From Prevotella sp. (lineage in GTDB: Bacteria > Bacteroidota > Bacteroidia > Bacteroidales > Bacteroidaceae): a stretch of 64,000 bases of DNA. Where the stretch lies: the NCBI GenBank assembly GCA_017556145.1, contig JAFZCU010000045.1, positions 7,270 through 71,269 on the forward strand, given 5' to 3'. Under the pieces are notes generated by a model. The model saw only the letters and a list, made by a program, of their open reading frames with translations, had not been told where the DNA came from and ran no database searches. This document shows, one piece after another, positions 59,104-64,000 of this stretch; position 1 is the stretch's first letter, and each line of letters begins with the position of its first letter. The position numbers were made by a program, and so were the translations under genes.

Positions 59104-59769
59104 TTAAGGATAGACGGTAATTGTGCCGCCGTCGCTTTGGCAGTATTTGCGGAGCAGGTCGCGGATGAATTCGGCATTGGCTACGACACGCTCGCGGTTG
59201 CCGTCGTAGCCGTTGATGAGTACCACCAGATGGGTGGTGGCGAGGGTCATCTTCGTGCGCTCGTGGTCGCTGGTAGGAGTGCCTACGCCGCCCTCGGAAT
59301 CGCGGTAGACGGGCAGCCCTGCAATGTTCAGGGGTCCGCGCCCGATGCCCTCGTAGGGCTCTCCCTCGCGCCCGATGCCTAAGGTGAGGGTGTCGCCCAC
59401 GAACTTGTCGGCATCGAAGCCGCCGATGCTGTAGCCGAAGGCGATGGAGGCGAGGTTCACCAAATCGACGAGGGTGTCGATCTGATAGAGTTCCTTACCC
59501 TGCAGCATGCGCCGGATGAGCTGTTCGCTGGCGGGGCGGTAGCGCGAGGGGTCCTTGCCACATGCCTTGTAGACACGACGGGTGGCGGCGATGCCCGGCA
59601 GCTCCTTGAGTGTCTCGGTGGAGAGCTCCTTACGCAGACGGTCTTCGAGGGCATGAATCTCCTGCCACAGCTCTGCGCTGTAGGAGGTATTGACCACACG
59701 AGCGTCAACCGCGGCTCCAACGAAGCCTGGGCAGACGCTCGCGATCTCTTGCGAAACGATGATGTTCAT
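59104..59769 (-). CDS. B3/4-domain (PheRS beta-like editing) protein
   Basis: GKDPSRYRPASEQLIRR, LVDLVNLAS, GGFDAD, YRD..G motifs. Confidence 0.85.
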   Translation of the reverse strand: MNIIVSQEIASVCPGFVGAAVDARVVNTSYSAELWQEIHALEDRLRKELSTETLKELPGIAATRRVYKACGKDPSRYRPASEQLIRRMLQGKELYQIDTLVDLVNLASIAFGYSIGGFDADKFVGDTLTLGIGREGEPYEGIGRGPLNIAGLPVYRDSEGGVGTPTSDHERTKMTLATTHLVVLINGYDGNRERVVANAEFIRDLLRKYCQSDGGTITVYP

Positions 59770-59788
59770 GGGTAAAGTAACTGGGACT

Positions 59789-60364
59789 TTACTGATCGGG
59801 ATCGCCCTGATAGTGGTAGGGCTTCACATCGGGATTCTTGCCCAGGTCGTGGGTGTTGATGGTTCCTGTGCGGATGACGCCATCCTTATAGTTCTTCTGC
59901 ATGGGTCCCACGTTGAGCAGGAGATCCTTGTAGATGACGGTGGGATAGACGATGCCAAACATGCCGATGCCCACGCGCACACCTGCGGGATGGATGTTGT
60001 TGACGATATAGGCCGAACGGAAGAAGGAGTGGTTGTAAATCTCCAGACGGTTGTTCTTCTTCAGCGACACAAGCAGTTCCCTGTTGATCTTGGCGGTGTC
60101 GGCCCTGCTGAAGATGCTGTTCAAATTGTTAACCTGGTCGTCGATGTCATCGCCCTGGATGCTGTCATTGGCCTCGATGCATTGTAAGATGTTGTCGACC
60201 ATCTCCATTTCCATTTCCTCCTGGGTGGGTTTGGTCATCATTGCCACGATGAAGAGGATAATCAGGATACCGCCGAGAATGACGAGCTTGCCAAGGCAGC
60301 TGTGGTAGAACGCCTGGAATGGCGATTCATTTTTCTTGAAACCTCCTGTACTTGTCTGGTCCAT
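59789..60364 (-). CDS. Hypothetical membrane-anchored protein
   Basis: 191 aa with one N-terminal TM; same strand as its neighbours, with short spacers. Confidence 0.7.
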   Translation of the reverse strand: MDQTSTGGFKKNESPFQAFYHSCLGKLVILGGILIILFIVAMMTKPTQEEMEMEMVDNILQCIEANDSIQGDDIDDQVNNLNSIFSRADTAKINRELLVSLKKNNRLEIYNHSFFRSAYIVNNIHPAGVRVGIGMFGIVYPTVIYKDLLLNVGPMQKNYKDGVIRTGTINTHDLGKNPDVKPYHYQGDPDQ

Positions 60365-60379
60365 AATTGTTGATTGTTT

Positions 60380-60967
60380 TTAAATTTTACTGTTGTGGAT
60401 TAAATTCATAAATTCCTGGCGGGTCTTGGCCTGGTTGAAGGCCCCGCAGAAGTCGCTGGTGGTGGTGATGCTGTTCTGCTTCTCCACCCCCCGCATCTGC
60501 ATGCACATGTGACGGGCCTCGACCACCACCATCACGCCTAAGGGCTTGAGGGTCTGCTGGATGCACTCCTTGATCTGGAGTGTCATGCGCTCCTGCACCT
60601 GCAGACGGTGGCTGTAGATATCGACCACACGGGCGATTTTCGAAAGTCCCGTGATGTAGCCGTTGGGGATATAGGCCACATGCACCTTGCCGTAGAAGGG
60701 TATCATGTGGTGCTCGCAAAGCGAGAAGAAATCGATGTCCTTGACGATGACCATCTGGGAGTAGTCTTCCTTGAAGAGGGCCTGTCGTAACACTTCGTGG
60801 GCATCCATCTGGTAGCCGCGGGTGAGCACCTGCATGGCCTTGGCCACGCGCATAGGCGTCTTTTCAAGACCCTCGCGATCGGGGTCTTCTCCCAGCAGGG
60901 TGAGGATTTCACGGTAGTGCTGGGCCAGTTGCTCTAATCCTTCGCGGTATTCTGTTTCCGGATTCAT
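60380..60967 (-). CDS. folE: GTP cyclohydrolase I
   Basis: [40 protein letters not shown] motifs. Confidence 0.97.
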   Translation of the reverse strand: MNPETEYREGLEQLAQHYREILTLLGEDPDREGLEKTPMRVAKAMQVLTRGYQMDAHEVLRQALFKEDYSQMVIVKDIDFFSLCEHHMIPFYGKVHVAYIPNGYITGLSKIARVVDIYSHRLQVQERMTLQIKECIQQTLKPLGVMVVVEARHMCMQMRGVEKQNSITTTSDFCGAFNQAKTRQEFMNLIHNSKI

Positions 60968-61623
60968 GGATTGCTTGATGGGGTTTGGTCTGCGGGGAGA
61001 TACGGCACGGTAATCTTTCCCTTGACGATGATGGCTGACTTGTAACCCAGTTTCTTGACGGCATTGAGTATCTGATGGGCTTCCTCATAGGTGCGGTAGT
61101 TGCCCATGCGGCAGATCCACCGTGGAGAGTAGAAGTGTACATATACCGGTTCACCAGGGAAGAGGGCGTTGATCTCGCGGCCTGTCTTCTCAGCCTTGAT
61201 ACGGGCATCGCGGGAGTTGCCGCCTGCGTAGACCTGTACACGATAGCCGTTCACCTTATAACCTTTCAGCACCTTTTTACGGGGTTCGTCGGTGTAGGTG
61301 GTGTCGATAGTCGTTTCTGACTGGGTTGTGATCTGTGGACGCTCCGGCTTCTGGGACTTTTCTTTTTCCCCGGCCTGCTTTTGGGTGTCGGGAGACTTCT
61401 GAGTGGTCGGAGTTGTCGGAGTAGTCTGAGTTTTCTGAGTACTCTGAGAACTCTGAGTTATTACATCTTGTGGGCCGTTGACGAGGTCGTCGATCTCCTT
61501 CGACTGTGTCACGGTCACTTTTCCTTCACCGGCATTGCTCTTCTGGAGCCTTTGGGTGAAAGTCTGTGCGTTGGCTGCGGCGCAGCCAACACACAGCGTT
61601 GCTATGATAACGAGGCGTTTCAC
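60964..61623 (-). CDS. SPOR-domain protein
   Basis: Signal peptide; C-terminal GYRVQVYAG...[17 protein letters not shown] pattern; GTG start overlapping the tpiA stop. Confidence 0.8.
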   Translation of the reverse strand: MKRLVIIATLCVGCAAANAQTFTQRLQKSNAGEGKVTVTQSKEIDDLVNGPQDVITQSSQSTQKTQTTPTTPTTQKSPDTQKQAGEKEKSQKPERPQITTQSETTIDTTYTDEPRKKVLKGYKVNGYRVQVYAGGNSRDARIKAEKTGREINALFPGEPVYVHFYSPRWICRMGNYRTYEEAHQILNAVKKLGYKSAIIVKGKITVPYLPADQTPSSNP

Positions 61624-63683
61624 TTCTTCCAGGCGTCAATGATACCCTTGAAGTCGGCAGCCTTCAGCGAAGCGCCACCAATCAGACCACCATCGATGTC
61701 GGGCTTAGCGAACAGCTCAGGAGCATTCGAAGCCTTGCAAGAACCACCATAGAGGATAGTGGTATCATCGGCAACAGCCTGACCATACTTCTCAGCAATA
61801 ATGCTGCGGATATAAGCGTGGATTTCCTCTGCCTGCTCAGCAGTAGCGGTCAGACCAGTACCAATAGCCCAGATGGGCTCGTAGGCGATGACGATCTTAC
61901 GGAAATCCTCCTCAGACAGATTGAAGACGCTGCCCTCGAGCTCGGCCTTAACAACCTCGTTCTGCTTGCCAGCCTCACGCTCTTCCTTGCTCTCGCCGAT
62001 GCAGAAGATTACCTTCAGATCGTTCTTCTGAGCCAGGATTACCTTCTCCTTCAGGATTTCGGGAGTCTCCTTATAGTACTCACGACGCTCGGAGTGGCCG
62101 AGGATGACGTACTGTGCACCTGTCGACTTCACCATCTCAGCGCTCACCTCACCGGTGAAGGCGCCCTTCTCCTTGTCGGCGCAGTTCTCAGCACCCAGAC
62201 CGATAATGTCCTGATCGAGGAACTGGGCGATGCTTGCCAGGTGGATAAACGGTGTGCAGATGACGACGCCACAATTGGGTTTGTCAGCTTTCAGTGTCTC
62301 ATTGAGCTCCTTCGCAAGAGCAATGCCGTCCTGGAGATTCATGTTCATTTTCCAGTTACCGGCTACAATTTTCTTTCTCATAACTTTTTTACTTTCTTTA
62401 TTTAAAGGGTTTAACTTTTCGCTTTTTACTTTTTTTTTCCTCAGCCATTGCGTCCAGGCCCAAAGGCGATCAGCGATGGTGAGCAGCATGAGGGGCAGCA
62501 CAAACCACAAGAGCAGCTTGGCAATCTTGCCTGGCACGCTGTCGATAGGCATCTTGCCTAACTCGCTGTCCTCCAGCTTCTTTGTAAACTGCTGCTCCTT
62601 AGGCAGACGGTTGTGGCTCCACTTACGGATAACGGTGCCTTGGCGCAGGAGCATCAGTCCGGGATTGCTGCGGATCATGGTCTTCAGCGTTATCTCGTCG
62701 GTAGTGCAGAAGGGATACTCTGCCCCAGTCATGTCGCGCCAACGGTTTCTGGCCCGATCGGTACTGGCTGTGAGGCAATAGAAGGGATAGCCATTCTCCT
62801 GACAGTATTCATACACCATGTTGATGCGGTCGAAATAGCTGTCGTTGGCATATTCCAGATGCGGGGATACGAGCAGGAAGGTGTAGCCCTCCTTTTCGAG
62901 TACCTCGCTGGTGATGTCGCCTTCCTCCGACTCGATGGTGAAGTCGTGGATGGGTGGGACATAACCCTCGGCTGTCTGGATGGTCTTCGAGTCGATGAAG
63001 GTCCAGGTGGAGTCGGGGTAGTTGTCCACAGTGAACTCCTGCCTCTGACCGTCCTTCTCCATGATGAAGGTGGTCTCGAACTGTGGCTGCGGGGCTCCCT
63101 CCGGTATTTCCATACCCTCTTGGATGTTAGCTCCCACGTGATAGGGGCGGAAGTCGAACATGGGCAGGTCATAGAGACAATAGCCTGCGATGAACAGGAT
63201 GAACAGGGTCGCGTAGTTGAGCACAATCCACTGGTTGCTGCGACTGATCATACGTGCCATATCGAGTGGTCGCCAGCAGATGATAGCAGCAGCGATGAGT
63301 AGCACCACATTTTTCCAGAACGTCTGCCAGTTGGTGAGCACCAGGGCATCGCCGAAGCATCCGCAGTCGCTGACTGGGTCGTCGATGGCGAGCCAAAGCG
63401 TGATAAGTGTCATAACAATCATCACACAGAGGGTGATCCTTGATATCAGTCGTCGCCGGATGGCGAAGAGCAGACAGATGCCGATGACAAACTCCGCTGC
63501 CGACAGCAATACTGAGGCAGAGAGCGTTACGAAATCGGGCACCAGATCGCCCAGATGCAGGGCGCCGAGGTAGTCATTGATCTTGTACTGTGTGCCCAAC
63601 GGGTCTACCGCCTTGACGAATCCCGACAGGATGAATGTCAGGGCGAGCAGCAATCGGGCGATATTGACAAGAATCTTCCTCAT
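61620..63683 (-). CDS. tpiA: In-frame fusion: DoxX/MauE-like membrane protein (BT_3928-like) + triosephosphate isomerase (TIM part 61620-62381)
   Basis: N-terminal [29 protein letters not shown]-terminal [40 protein letters not shown]. Confidence 0.9.
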   Translation of the reverse strand: MRKILVNIARLLLALTFILSGFVKAVDPLGTQYKINDYLGALHLGDLVPDFVTLSASVLLSAAEFVIGICLLFAIRRRLISRITLCVMIVMTLITLWLAIDDPVSDCGCFGDALVLTNWQTFWKNVVLLIAAAIICWRPLDMARMISRSNQWIVLNYATLFILFIAGYCLYDLPMFDFRPYHVGANIQEGMEIPEGAPQPQFETTFIMEKDGQRQEFTVDNYPDSTWTFIDSKTIQTAEGYVPPIHDFTIESEEGDITSEVLEKEGYTFLLVSPHLEYANDSYFDRINMVYEYCQENGYPFYCLTASTDRARNRWRDMTGAEYPFCTTDEITLKTMIRSNPGLMLLRQGTVIRKWSHNRLPKEQQFTKKLEDSELGKMPIDSVPGKIAKLLLWFVLPLMLLTIADRLWAWTQWLRKKKVKSEKLNPLNKESKKVMRKKIVAGNWKMNMNLQDGIALAKELNETLKADKPNCGVVICTPFIHLASIAQFLDQDIIGLGAENCADKEKGAFTGEVSAEMVKSTGAQYVILGHSERREYYKETPEILKEKVILAQKNDLKVIFCIGESKEEREAGKQNEVVKAELEGSVFNLSEEDFRKIVIAYEPIWAIGTGLTATAEQAEEIHAYIRSIIAEKYGQAVADDTTILYGGSCKASNAPELFAKPDIDGGLIGGASLKAADFKGIIDAWKK

Positions 63684-64000
63684 GCCAGTTTTATCATTCC
63701 AAAGACCGCGTAGTTGATGATATCCATATAGTTGGCGTCGATACCCTCAGAAACGAGCGTGTCGCCTCCAAGGTTCTCGATCTCCTTGATACGTTCTATC
63801 TTTGTAAGGATGAAGTCGGTATACGAGCTGACGCGCATCGAGCGCCAGGCTTCGTCGTAATCATGGTTCTTGCGCTTCATGAGTTCCAGGGCCTCGTGGG
63901 CATACTGGTCATAGAGGCGCATGGCCTCGTCGTTGGTGATGTCGACAATGTCGGCAAAACCCTTATAGAGCTGGATAAGCCCCACGATACCGTAGTTGAT
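63680..64000 (-). CDS. DUF1599-like (nucleotide modification associated) protein, 5' end outside the window
   Basis: [29 protein letters not shown] motifs; frame is open to the window edge. Confidence 0.75.
   Translation of the reverse strand: MNYGIVGLIQLYKGFADIVDITNDEAMRLYDQYAHEALELMKRKNHDYDEAWRSMRVSSYTDFILTKIERIKEIENLGGDTLVSEGIDANYMDIINYAVFGMIKLA

Overview
This is a Bacteroidales chromosome segment, most likely Prevotella-like. The evidence is the TAnnTTTG -7 promoters, a SusC/SusD pair, the porX-sprE-tsaE cluster and gldH. Most of the window is housekeeping: a truncated GH2 gene, rhaM, a stand-alone IMP cyclohydrolase, mreBCD-mrdA-rodA, gldH, ricT, holB, metF, GH51, tdk, rsmI, tadA, birA, pyrH, pssA/psd, dnaE, trxA, tsaE, porX, sprE, aroA, folE, tpiA and two tRNAs (Lys-TTT, Pro-GGG). 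An accessory block at about 18.3-39.3 kb holds an orphan secretion-signal fragment, a PIN toxin-antitoxin pair and a BspA-type LRR protein. It also holds an integrase-less replication-like module and a SusC/D operon with a C10 peptidase instead of glycosidases. The replication-like module runs: candidate structured sRNA, 386-aa orphan, GAATG motif field, TOPRIM/SF3 primase-helicase, iteron-like TACAC repeats, HU-Ig fusion. Several short-repeat families recur across the window: stop-codon-bearing heptamer arrays at gene junctions, 9-mer-armed hairpins, a 9-mer expanded inside three unrelated proteins in two reading frames, and a REP-like palindrome inserted in frame in the GH2 gene. A ~90-bp bidirectional promoter cassette occurs at two distant loci. 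TpiA is fused in frame to an upstream membrane protein through an A9 tract. All family assignments come from motif recognition by eye; no database searches were run.
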